Position numbers and translations under genes: made by a program | NCBI GenBank assembly: GCA_043228905.1 | Contig: JBHGNT010000006.1 | Coordinates: forward strand, 6,696,001-6,760,000 | Direction of reading: 5' to 3' | Source: Azolla caroliniana | Lineage: Eukaryota > Plantae > Polypodiophyta | Length of the DNA: 64,000 nt | The notes under the pieces: model-generated | Told to the model about the DNA's origin: nothing | Database searches by the model: none | What the model saw: the letters and a program-made list of their open reading frames with translations, nothing else | Shown: positions 52,486 to 64,000 of the stretch, in pieces | Numbering within the stretch: the stretch's first letter is position 1 | Layout of the letters: the number at the start of each line of letters is the position of its first letter

Positions 52486-52910
52486 CATGGGGTTAAACAA
52501 TCGGCAACGGTTCAGTTAGGTTTGAGGGGGTCAAAACTAAACCGAACCGAACCGAACCACGAAACCATTAAACTGAACCGTTAAAAATGTCCAAATCGTT
52601 AAAACTACGGTTTCATGGTTCAGTTTCGGTTTTTAACTTAGTCAAAGTTCAAAATTTTAAGATGTTCCTAAAATGTGAGAATAAGGTCTAAAAATGAAAA
52701 GATTGTTTAAAAACAATTTTTAAAAATTTAACATGTATTTTTTAAAAACTTTTAAAAATAAAAATAAAATAAAAATTAAAAAACTGTTTAAACCGCGGGT
52801 TCTAACTATTGAAACCGAACCGAACCCGTTGAACCTAGCCGAACCGTTTAAATCGTTAAGCCTTGGTTTCACAGTTCAAACCGAACCGTTGCCGATTGTT
52901 AACGGGGTTG
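52486..52910. mobile_element. MITE with AACCG/CGGTT subterminal repeats (hAT-like)
   Basis: Inverted repeat aacaatcggcaacggttc / gaaccgttgccgattgtt, many aaccg copies and an A/T-rich centre. Confidence 0.7.
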
Positions 52911-53295
52911 CCTACAACTTACAAGTTACAAGTATGAAATCCCAATTCATTGGCTTGTATGAAGCAACCAATACTATTAATTAATGTCTTAAGGGTGTTA
53001 AATACCATTAATTCTTGACTCTTCCTTGCCATCTAGGAAATGGCAATACTCTGTTCCCCTCATGGAGAGAGAGAGAGAGATCGAGATCCTCTTATTCTTC
53101 TGTGTCAGAATGGTTCCTCGGTTTCCCTTCATCATGTATATAAATCACCTATTCATGGATGGGACATTCTAAAGGTTCTGATGTAATCAGGAATCACGAA
53201 AAGGCTGAAGCAATTTGATGCAAGAAAGTAGGCGCCACTGATGAAATCAAGCACCCGTCGCAATCTATTTGTACATGTTTACATCATGTGATAAC

Positions 53296-55260
53296 ATGAA
53301 AGGGCTTGATAAGAGGCTCACCCTGATGCTCAAGCAAGGCTCTCCTTTACCAGAGTGCCTCCTACAATCATTTTTAGAAGAAAGCTATGGTATAGAAGCT
53401 GCAAGACCTGTGCACTACACAATGTGCCTTTTCCAACCTCGCTTGACATTGCTTCCAAACTGCCTTATTCGGGTTTTTGCTTCTTCTAAGATGCTACTAG
53501 AGGCTAACCTTGTGTTTTGTCAGATTTCCAAACCGTCTGTTCATTCGTGGCAAGCAATCATCTCAGCTTATCACACATGTGGTGAATATGTTTGGGCTCT
53601 CCATCTCTACCACCACATGGTGTTAGGTGGAGTATTGCCCAATAGATTCATTTTCTCGTGTGTGCTCAGAACTTGTGCAATTTCCGGAGAGTGGAAAGAA
53701 GGAATGCATATACATGAACATGTCATTAGAAGTGGATTGGATTCCGATGTCGTTGTGGGCAGCACTCTCCTTGATATGTATGCAAAGTGTTCAAATGTAG
53801 AGGATGCAAGACGAGTATTTGATAGATTAAGGAGCCGAAATGTGGTATCTTGGAATGCATTGATATCAGGTTATGTTCTTAATGGGCTCGGCCACAATGC
53901 TCTTAAGCTTTTAAAGGAAGTGCCAGAGCCAAACAAGGTCACATACATTTGTTCATTGAAAGCATGCACTCAAACTGAAGACCTAATGCAAGGTAAAAGA
54001 TTGCACCAACAAGTAATTTATAAAGGGCTCGAGTCCGATGTTATCATCGGTAATACACTTATTGATATGTATTCTAAATGTGGCGAAGTTGATGGTGCAT
54101 GTGCTATACTTCATAGCTTGCTGAATAGAAATGTGGTCTCATGGAGTGCACTCATTACAGCAGCTTCAGCACATCCAACCACTTTTTCATGTATTTATCA
54201 ACAAATGCAGCATGAGTGTGTGACCCCTGATAGAGTGGCAATGGTAGCATTTCTGAATGTTTGTCGACATACACGGGCCATTCGGCAGGGAGAGCTAATT
54301 CATAGACAAATCATCAAGAGAGGATTTGACACAGACTTGGTTGTAAGAGGAGCTTTAATTGATATGTATATGAAATGTGACAGGGTTGATGATGCTCAGG
54401 ATGTGTTTGATGAGATTTCATCCCCTACTATTGTATTATGGGGAGAGATGATATCCGGATATAGCAAGCATGGAAAGGATCATCATGCTCTTGAACTCTA
54501 TAGCAAAATGCAGCATGCTGGCATTGCTCCAGACATGTTTCTATTCTCATGCCTTCTAAAGGCATGTGGACGCATAGGAGCATTAGAACAAGGAAAGATG
54601 TTGCAGGCTGAAATGATGAGAAATCAAATCAAGCCAGATGTGGCTATTGGTAATGCGATGATAAGCATGTATATGAGATGCGGTGATCTTATTGAGGCCT
54701 GCAGGATTTTTAACGAGTTGCCATATAGGGATTCTACATCATGGGGTTTTATGATCTCGATTCATGCTCAGTATGGTGATGGGAAGCTAGCAATCCAATG
54801 TTTTAATGACATGCAAAAACATGGTATAAAGCCAAATGAAATGGTATTTACTCGCTTGCTCTCTTCATGTAGTCGTACTGGAGAAGGTAGAGAAGGTAAG
54901 TTCCAGCTCAATGCCATGAATGAAAGGCAATACCTTGGTCCTAGCAACAAACATTTCACATGCATGCTTGAGCTTCTGGGCAGTATCGGAGACCTTGAAG
55001 CTTCTAAAAATGTTCTTCAAACCATGCCTTTTACACCAAATATTATCAATTGGATGTCTGTGCTAACAGGGTGCAAACGATATGGAAATACAGAATTAGG
55101 GCAGCACTGCATTCAGCAAATCAACCGGCTTGGTTCTCACTTGTCATTGGGAAATGTTCTCTTGCCAAATATGTACAGCAAATCTTGCCCATCAGATACC
55201 ATGCTTAGAAATTACAGTGAAGCTGTCTTACAAATGCGACCAGTAGTTGATTGTGGGTGA
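53296..55260 (+). CDS. PLS-class PPR protein ending in E-type motifs, no intact DYW
   Basis: The ORF-track start at 53269 is a TTG. In-frame ATGs lie at 53275 and 53296, so the true start is uncertain. Motifs: DMYAKC, VVSWNALISGY, INWMSVLTGCKRYGNTELG, GNVLLPNMYS. Confidence 0.88.
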   Translation: MKGLDKRLTLMLKQGSPLPECLLQSFLEESYGIEAARPVHYTMCLFQPRLTLLPNCLIRVFASSKMLLEANLVFCQISKPSVHSWQAIISAYHTCGEYVWALHLYHHMVLGGVLPNRFIFSCVLRTCAISGEWKEGMHIHEHVIRSGLDSDVVVGSTLLDMYAKCSNVEDARRVFDRLRSRNVVSWNALISGYVLNGLGHNALKLLKEVPEPNKVTYICSLKACTQTEDLMQGKRLHQQVIYKGLESDVIIGNTLIDMYSKCGEVDGACAILHSLLNRNVVSWSALITAASAHPTTFSCIYQQMQHECVTPDRVAMVAFLNVCRHTRAIRQGELIHRQIIKRGFDTDLVVRGALIDMYMKCDRVDDAQDVFDEISSPTIVLWGEMISGYSKHGKDHHALELYSKMQHAGIAPDMFLFSCLLKACGRIGALEQGKMLQAEMMRNQIKPDVAIGNAMISMYMRCGDLIEACRIFNELPYRDSTSWGFMISIHAQYGDGKLAIQCFNDMQKHGIKPNEMVFTRLLSSCSRTGEGREGKFQLNAMNERQYLGPSNKHFTCMLELLGSIGDLEASKNVLQTMPFTPNIINWMSVLTGCKRYGNTELGQHCIQQINRLGSHLSLGNVLLPNMYSKSCPSDTMLRNYSEAVLQMRPVVDCG

Positions 55261-56896
55261 TCATGTTCAATGATGTCTTTCTTGAACTATAAGAAAATAT
55301 CATTGCCAAAAACAACTTATCTGGAGTTAGGAGACCATCACCATACAGAAGGAAAAGGACAATAACTTGTGTGGTCTATGTTCTTACTGAGGCAGACATT
55401 TTTTTAATGACATATGATGCCTCCTAGTTCACACAGGATTAGATGGTCTCACTCCATGTTCATTGAAGGAAGGCTTGGGAGCCCCAATCACATGCCATTA
55501 CATAGCATAAAATGAAATTTAATGTCAATGCAAGGCTAATACCTTGATCATTCCGAAAACACCATAGTTTCAAATGAATTTGAAATTGAATGGCAATTCA
55601 AAGCTGATATTGAAATAAAATCAATACATTGATCATCTCCAAAACACATATACTTCAAATATATGCATACTGGGTCGAACTGAGCTTGAGTTTGAAATGG
55701 AAATTACATATAAACTCAAGGCTAGTATAGAGATAAAGTCAGTAATTCGTAGTCCCCAAAACACATGAATTTTACATGGATGAATGCATACTCAGTTGAG
55801 CTCAGCTTGAGTGTGAAAATGATTTGGCTTAAATTTAATCAGCTAACATGAACCGTGCATCAGAAGTGATTATTTACCATAACATGCTCAAAGAAAGTTT
55901 AGCGTTTCACTCTTAAGAGTTGATCAATAAACAAAAGTTATTTTGCAGACCATCTGTTTCGCAGCAAGTAGCATCAGCTGGAAACTGATGATGACATATG
56001 TAAATGGATTGTTGGGTTTGAAATGCATACATTGCTGTCTCCCAATTTCTTTATAAGAATAATAAATACTTTTACCTTACCTTTAGTAAAGGTTTAAATA
56101 AATTGACCATTGTACATGGTTAATTCTAATCCAATAGATCAGTTTGTGCAAAAAGATATGCCACAGCTTCAGTTTATTCAAAAGAAATATTTGGAGAAGA
56201 GAAGGGAAGAGTTGATAACATTGTAGAACTTAAACACAATAAGGCAACCTATGTAGGTTAATGTACTCAAATAGTGACCAAGGTCATAGCTTGATGCATT
56301 GACCAAATAAATAACTTCCAATCTTCTCTTTATCAATGATGATGCCGAATCATAGATAAATCTTTGAAATTGTGACAATGATCAAATATTTGAGCCATCA
56401 TCAATCATCACATATTCATAGGACATGAAATGTGCTGTCCGGAATTGTACTCCCGACAATAACCTTTCCCCTCTTTCAAAGAATTTAGTAAATGTACATA
56501 CAGCTTCTCATGATGTTCTGATTTTATACTTCACACGAAGTGAGATGACGATATAACAGTCATGTGAGAGATTTCAAGATTCATGTTTCTGCCAAAGTTA
56601 CAAGAGAGCAATTTTCCAGTTTCCCCACCTGTTGTGTTTCCTTTTTGCCATTCCTTTGTTTGAGATCCCTTTCATCATAGTAGGGAATCATTTTTGCCCC
56701 CTCTCTACCCCAGCTGACAATCACTTCCATGATCCAAAATTTTGGGAGTGCAGATGTGAGAAACTCTCTTCTTCTGATGCAGTATTGGAAATATTTTTGG
56801 CTTTGAATGCATAAATCCTTAAATTGAGAGTGCTTTGGACGTTCGATAAAAAAGGATAAATAAAACATTTTAACTTGCAGAGTCCACATACTGTTA

Positions 56897-58873
56897 TTAC
56901 CCTGCTTTGGCCACACTAGTATGTCTCTGTCTCATATCCTCGACCTTTTGTGCATCCTCTTGCATTCCAGCAGCTGCAAATATTTCAGCCATAAGAACAT
57001 AAGCCGAAGCACATGTATTATCCATTTGTATTGACTGATCAAATGCCAATTTCCCAAGTTTGACATTCCCCCATTTCTTACAAGCACCTAGTATAGTGTG
57101 CCAAATCACCGGATAATCACAAGATGGCATCATCTTAATCACAGACATTGCTTGGTCAAAATGCCCCGCACATCCAAAGATCACTACCATGCTAATGTGG
57201 TGTTCTAACTTAGGGATAACATAATATTTTGTGGTCATATTCTCAAAAAGAACTTGGGCCTCATATAGTCGCCCTGAGTGACTGCATGCACTCAAAATGG
57301 ATACAAATGTGACCTTGTCCGGAGAAAGGCCCTCGGTTTGCATCCATTGAAGACAATTTAGTGCTTCATGACACTGCCCTTGTTCAGCATACCCTGCGAT
57401 TAGGGCATTCCAAGAGACCACATTTCTAATAGGAAGCTCTTTGAGTACTTTATGTGCTTTGGTAATCATGCCACATTTGGCATACATATCTACCAAAGTA
57501 GTGCCGAGGACAATATCTTTCTCCAACAAGCCTCTACTAACAATCTCGTCATGGATTTGCTTTCCTTTCACAAGAGCTCCTGTACCACCACATGCCTTCA
57601 AGATGGAAATGAAGGTGATTGCATCAGGGGACAGACCCTCATTTTTCATCCGTTCAAAACAGTTCAATGCGTCATGACATTGCCCATGTTGCACATACCC
57701 CCCAATTAGTGCATTCCAAGAGACTGCATTTCGACATGAAAGTTCTTGGAGCACTTGTTTTGCTTTTGCAAGCACACCACATTTCGAGTACATATCCACC
57801 AGAGCAGTACCCAGCATAACATCTTTCTGGTGCATACCTCGAGTCACGATCTCTTTATGGAAAAGTTCCCCCTTGTCTAATTCTCTTGTACTTCCACATG
57901 CCTTCAAGATGCAAGCAAAGGTAACCATGTCAGGAGTGATGCCTTCGCTTAGCATCTGCTCGAAACAAATCAAAGCTTCACGAGCCTGCCCCTGATGGGC
58001 ACATCCTGTGATTATTGCAGACCATGAGACTACATCTCGAACAGGAAGATCCAGAAGTGTTTCTCGTGCTTTTCCAATCATGCCACATTTTGCATACATA
58101 TCGACCAAAGCAGTGCCAAGCACAATATCTTTCTCCAATAAGCCCCTAGTTAGGATCTCATCATGAATTTGTCTCCCCTTCTCTATAGCCTTTACACTAC
58201 CACACGCCTTCAAAATACAAATGAATGAGATGGTGTCTGGTGAGAGGCCTTCACTTACCATTCTTTCAAAGCAATCCAGAGCTTCGTGACCTTGCCCTTG
58301 TTCAGCATACCCTGATATTATCACATTCCAAGATACCACATCTCGAGTAGGAAGCTCTTCAAGCACTTTCCGAGCATTTTCAATCATACCACATTTAGCA
58401 TACATATCCACAAAAGCATTACCAAGTGCAATGCTGTTTTTAAGCAAGCATCTACATGCAGTTTCTTTTTCTATATGTTTGCCAATATCGATATTGCCGA
58501 TTTTTCCACAAGCTTTCAAAATGCAAATGAAAGTGATTGCATCAGGAGAGATGCCCTCTCTTTGCATATTTTCAAAACAACCCAATGCTTCATGAGCTTT
58601 ACCTTGTTGAGCGTATCCTGAGATCAATGCATTCCATAAAACTACATTTCGGATTGGAAGCTCTTCAAGCACTTCTCTCGCTTTCTTTAGCGCACCACAT
58701 TTTGCATACATACTGATTAAAGCGCTGGCTAGGTAAGAACTCTTTTCAAGCAATCTCGTCTCTATAAGATCAGCATGCAATGCACTGCCATTGTAAATGT
58801 CTTTTTTCTTTGCATATGATTGAAGTAAGGACATAAAAGACAAAATTTTGTCTTGATCCTTACTCTGTCTCAT
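56897..58873 (-). CDS. PLS-E PPR protein, paralogue of 22586-25093 and 1-2342, with a frameshifted DYW remnant downstream
   Basis: 658-aa ORF with tandem P-L-S triplets and E motifs very close to the 22586 gene (PVIWHTILGACKKWGNVKLGKLAFDQ...ASAYVLM). Confidence 0.92.
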   Translation of the reverse strand: MRQSKDQDKILSFMSLLQSYAKKKDIYNGSALHADLIETRLLEKSSYLASALISMYAKCGALKKAREVLEELPIRNVVLWNALISGYAQQGKAHEALGCFENMQREGISPDAITFICILKACGKIGNIDIGKHIEKETACRCLLKNSIALGNAFVDMYAKCGMIENARKVLEELPTRDVVSWNVIISGYAEQGQGHEALDCFERMVSEGLSPDTISFICILKACGSVKAIEKGRQIHDEILTRGLLEKDIVLGTALVDMYAKCGMIGKARETLLDLPVRDVVSWSAIITGCAHQGQAREALICFEQMLSEGITPDMVTFACILKACGSTRELDKGELFHKEIVTRGMHQKDVMLGTALVDMYSKCGVLAKAKQVLQELSCRNAVSWNALIGGYVQHGQCHDALNCFERMKNEGLSPDAITFISILKACGGTGALVKGKQIHDEIVSRGLLEKDIVLGTTLVDMYAKCGMITKAHKVLKELPIRNVVSWNALIAGYAEQGQCHEALNCLQWMQTEGLSPDKVTFVSILSACSHSGRLYEAQVLFENMTTKYYVIPKLEHHISMVVIFGCAGHFDQAMSVIKMMPSCDYPVIWHTILGACKKWGNVKLGKLAFDQSIQMDNTCASAYVLMAEIFAAAGMQEDAQKVEDMRQRHTSVAKAG

Positions 58874-60487
58874 GATGCTTTTCTTAAGCTATTTCTTGAA
58901 TGGATGCCATAATCGATTATCTCTTCATTTATTTAATACAATCTCTCATCAATCCATAAGGACTCATAATAAGAGACCATGTGTGCGAAATCAGGTGATC
59001 GAGCTGTTGAATAAGAGCTCTCTCTCTCTGAAACAATCTATGAGAAAACTCAAAAATCTAAGGATCACAAATTTTAATTCAATTTTTTTGCTAGTAAAAC
59101 TGTAAAAGCTCAATGCCAAAAACAGCATAACTTCGGATGTGATTAAATGACCCAATGAATGCAATATATATCGAAAACTTTTGCATTTATGGATTACAAC
59201 TACAAAAGAGAAACATTTGTGTCCAACTTAATATATACAAGGAAAGACTTCCGGCAAAGAAAAAAGGTTTTACATGTGGATCATATTTTGTTGGGTTGGA
59301 AAGATAAGTGCCAATGGACCCTAAAGCAAATGATGAAATCGCTTGACATGAGAAAAGATCCTTAACAGATATATCCAAATTTTCCAACTCGTGTAATGCA
59401 AATCGAAGATAGGATGAAAAAGAAATCACCACAATTATTGTTGAAGAAGTCACAACGAATGGTCAAATTGGGCATGTTGTTCAACGATACAAATTTCCAT
59501 ATGTCGTTACTTGTCTAATTGTTCCCGTTTGTGTTATACTATGTTTTTCCCTTTCTTGAATACTCCATGGACATCCTTCCTTGTGTTCTTTTTCTTTTCC
59601 TTGAGACAAGCCAATTTCGATCTTCAATACACGATTTTGAGATTGCAACTATAATTCTAGCTGAGAGTCGATGGAAAAATGTTTGATTGTGTCTATTTGG
59701 GGCCATAAGTAGATTATTTTTTTCCGTTCTTGGGGATTGCAACTCTAGTTCTAGTCAAGACTAGACGGGGAACATTAGATTGTCCACTTCGTATCATTGG
59801 TGCATCTTGGTAAAAACAAACAAAAATGGATGATCTTGGAGAGAAGGGAGTGTGGAAGAAATTAAGGGTCATTTCAGATGTATATGTTATGTTTGTCGAG
59901 AGAACTGATGAGTGATGAAATGTGGAGTGTCAAAGCCTTAAGATGGAAATCCGTTACTTAAACATTTCATGATCCAAGGGAATGACTCCCATGGAATTAT
60001 ATACAAACATCAATGCATCAAACTCTTTCTAATCCTTATTAAGGCAACTACCCAATCAGTACAAATTGAGCTATCGATTAGAACCCATTTCCCAAATTAG
60101 CTCCATAATGCATGCTAAGGATTTTAAAATACCACAGAACCTTCACAAATCCAAATAAGAATATTAATTGATGTCAAGAAATTGAAATTGCAAACGAAAA
60201 CACCATTTGAGAAGAAAGCCATGGAGACACCTCTACTCTGAGATTGTACAAGAACATCTAAATGAATTGCATCAGCACAAGCCATCCTCTACAAGGTACA
60301 CACCACTACCCAATGTAGAAATGTGCCGCATAATCTAAATGGTTTACGATGTCGGTGGTTTCAGACGGCTTTTGGCCTCTTTGATGCAAGGTCCAACGGT
60401 GCCAAAGCTTTGAAATTTTTGATATATCTATTACAAAAGAATTTTACATGGTCATGAGCTAGAGAGAGAGAGAGAGAGAGAGAGAGT

Positions 60488-63135
60488 TCAGTCTCTAGGA
60501 TGCTTAGTTTTTCTTGAACGAGAGGCCTTAGAACCGCAACCCGGATGGCTTTGATCCTCGACATCATTTCCTTTAGTCCGGCATATATGAGACTTGAGCT
60601 TGCCTCCGAGAGTTCTAGGGTTCGGCATTTGCGAGGCTCGACCTTTCCTGAGCTTCTCGAGCTCCTCATGCATACCCGAGCACTCCCTCTCGAGTTTGTT
60701 AATACACCTTTTCATATGGTCCATGTCAACTTTCAAAGCTTGATTGTCACGGAGAGCATTGGCCCATCCATCAGCCCTTAAAGCCACACCTTGCACAACT
60801 CCATCAGGCAAGGATTGATGAGGCAAAAAGGGGTGAGGATCATCATCAATCATGAAGCAGCTTGCTATCACTGTCCGGAGTTGTAATTGTTCAAAGAAAA
60901 GAACTTGCACAATGATACGTAGCGGGAGGCGTTCATTCTGTGCCGCATGCGAACAAGCCTCAAGTGAAAGCTTCTGGCAATCCATTAATCGGCAAAGCCG
61001 CTCTTTTTCTTCCTCCCGCAACCATGGATGAGCCTTTACAGCATAAATGGAGACAATAAATCACTTGCAAATCACAAATTTCAGCATTGCACCCTATTCT
61101 CATACCATTTCAAGCATAAAAAAAATGTAATCCACATAAAAAATAGCCTAGTATGATGCCCAAAAAAACATGAATCTAAACTTATGAATCAATCTAATAC
61201 ATTTAACACAGCAAATCTTAAAAGAATAGACTGCCTCTTCGAGAGGGCATAAATTAGAGTATTATAGGAAACATACCTTCAAATATATGTCAATAGCCCG
61301 ATAAAGCCCATCATGAGAAATTCTGGCATAATTTGGGAGAGCTTCAGCCAGATTTTGAAATTTTGATGCCTTTAGATTCACATCTGGAGCAACTTCCGCA
61401 AGATAGTTATCTATGAGCCTTGCTACTATCCTCATAGGAGTAAGTGAAGGCGAGTTAATGACATTCTCATCAATATCATCGTCATCATCATCATCACTTA
61501 CACTATCAAATGTCTGAGATGGTATATGTCCAGCCGATTGCTCAAAAAAGAGGAAATGATCGACAATTCTGCGAACACAGTCTATATCATATAAAATCTC
61601 GACATTGTAAGCTAGATTCGGAAACAACAAATCTTCCAAGCTAGCATGTTCAAGCTGCAAACCAATCCTCCTCTCTATATTGCTTCGGCAATCAGCACTT
61701 GCAGACAACAAGATAGCATTCTGAAGCAATTCAGAAAGAAACTTTATAGGAACAACAGCCTTTTGCATAGGTAAAAGGTTTTCTATGGTTTCCAAGATAA
61801 CGGTCTGATCACCTTCGGATGGAACTGATGAAAGAGATAGCAATCTAAGCTTACTCCCTCCTACTTCTTTGTTGATAGAATTTCGTTTGTGAAGGGCAGG
61901 AAGGTACCTCCTTGCAAAATGCATCAACGCACCAGCAATGTTCTCCGGCTTTATGCCCCGCTTTTGCATCGCAACTATGACTCTTTTGTAAAGAGGAAGG
62001 CTTAGCATTGCTATATCATTATACCACCAATCGCTACTTGCTCTCGAAGGTCTCGCGCCGGTGCTTATACCATTCCATAGGAAGCTTCCTTTGGGGCTTT
62101 GCATATAAGTGGTCGGCATTGGCCATCCGAGCAAGCTTGGGTCTGTGCAAGCATTGAGAGCTATGGCATCCACACAAGCGCCGACGATACCAAGTTTCTT
62201 TGCCTCGGAAAATACGAATGCACAACTCGATAATGCTCGAATGCATTCTTTCAAGTGTCTCAATACAACCTGGTTAAGAAACCCCTCAGTCCGGGCTATC
62301 AAATTCCCTTCTCCAAAGTCTTCAGACATCTCTAGATACTCACCCACACATCTCAGTGGCACAACATTTGCAGCTGTCAGCTCTACCTTGACACCATAAC
62401 AAAACTTCACCGCTAGTTCAAAGGTATCAGGACCTCCTGGAATCCCAGAGAGATCAATATGAGGTATTTCTTCACCCCTATCCAAGCAAGCTTCGATAAT
62501 GTGGGCAAGCTTCCTGCTCCGAGTAACTAGAGGGAACTGGATAACAATAATGAACCATATTTCATTGCCTTAAACACCATGGAGAATTGTACAAAAAACA
62601 AGACTGCAAAGGAAGTGGATAAAAGCAATTTGGTGAGTTGAAGTAGAAACACTGACCTTGTGGAGATGAAAAGAGGCTTCTGAAATCTCTATTGTAACAT
62701 CACTTTGAAGCCCAGCGGTATAGAACCTGAATCACTTCAACAGATTAGTATAGTTTTCTTTTTGCTAAAGTTCCTCACCATAATCTAAGGAATAATTCTC
62801 AACAAACCCAATGCCACCACAGCATCTATATATCGTCCAAACACTTATTTGCGTCATTATGCAAACATTTACAGAGCTTTTTATAACCTAAACCTTCAAT
62901 GGTGCCACGATATGACAGACCTATTGTGTTGAACACACAAGACGAAAATGGGGGACTTCTCCATTGTCCAAGAAGATAAAAACACACAAGTTTTTGTTCT
63001 TAAAATAAAACCTTACAATTCTTTTATTATTAGCAAATCTACAATGTCATACACAGAAAATCATAGGAACAAGAAGGAAAACAGAGCATGTGTTTTTGGA
63101 GAATTATTACATTTAGCAAGAAGAATGAGAACCTC

Positions 63136-63170
<35 letters not shown>

Positions 63171-63416
63171 AAAAAAAACAGAGTATGTCTTGGAAATTCA
63201 AAATTCTACCAAAACAATTAAGTGCTCATTTTATCCGGGGAGCGAGGAAACATTGAAAAACCATATCATGATTGGAATGTAAAACTTCTCCAATAAAATG
63301 AGGTGGGCTTTTTATCCACACACAGAGAGAGGAAGAGATTGAGAGAGAATCACAAACCATGATCGTCCTTTGCGTTGAAATCTATCAGGTTTTGAGCCAA
63401 GCTTCTCGCAAGCCAT
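60488..63416 (-). CDS. BTB/POZ-NPH3 (NRL family) protein, 4 exons, ~644 aa
   Basis: Exons 63416-63358, 62726-62657, 62536-61277 and 61033-60488 join in frame. Motifs: MACEKLGSK...FHLHK|[38 protein letters not shown]|[22 protein letters not shown]. Confidence 0.95.
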
Positions 63417-63483
63417 ATCAATTGGAGGAAGAAATCAGAAGCTGGTTTTCATTATTTGAGGCAATTAAGGTGCCATGGAAGCT

Positions 63484-63514
<31 letters not shown>

Positions 63515-64000
63515 TTAACTTTGAGTTAAAACTTAAAACATACAACATACCTGAGATCCTGTAATATAATTTATAAATAAATAAAAGTTTTCTTTTCTAT
63601 TTTTTATTTTTTATTTTTATTCTTTTTGTTTTATGCTATTTACTGGTGTTATTTTGATTTATTTCCTCTGTAAGGAAAGGAGGGCTTTTTTTTTGTCTTC
63701 CTCAAATAAAACAGGGGAGGCCAAAATACAAGAAACAAACAAAACAAAATAAAACTGTAATTTGTTTTTTATGTTTATTTTTTATTTTTTATCCTTGTAT
63801 GTGCTTTTAACACTCCTACCAAACTCCACTCAAACACACTTACACAAAAAGCAAAAGCAAAAGCAAAAGCAAATGCTTTTCTTTTTTTCTTTCTGCATAA
63901 TCTGTACTAGTGCTGTTTTGCATGCATAGTATTCTCCATCTATCTGCCATCAAAACTACCCCTAACACACACACTTACGTACATACATCCATACATCCAT

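Overview
AT-rich, intron-containing nuclear DNA of a land plant with flagellated sperm, most likely a fern. This is inferred from an intact CFAP206 axonemal gene plus fern-style PLS-class PPR genes; the gene density suggests a compact genome. I can build 11 protein-coding genes: four PLS-class PPR genes (one cut by the window start, one with a DYW domain lacking the catalytic Glu), the last exon of a LEA14/LEA_2 gene next to an assembly gap, an At1g27090-like coiled-coil/RGG protein, a TOG/ARM-repeat protein, an NHL/LEA_2 membrane protein, an 11-exon CFAP206 gene, a WPP-domain-associated (WAP) coiled-coil protein and a BTB-NPH3 (NRL) gene. Mobile DNA includes a young, full-length Ty1/Copia element in CFAP206 intron 3 (5-bp TSD, non-canonical TG...TA ends, one nonsense codon), two decayed copies of one non-LTR retrotransposon family sharing a 3' stem-loop, several MITEs and LTR remnants. 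There are also several tandem duplications (3x255 bp, 4x177 bp and shorter). Exon models were built by eye from GT-AG sites and frame continuity. Family assignments come from remembered motifs, not database searches.
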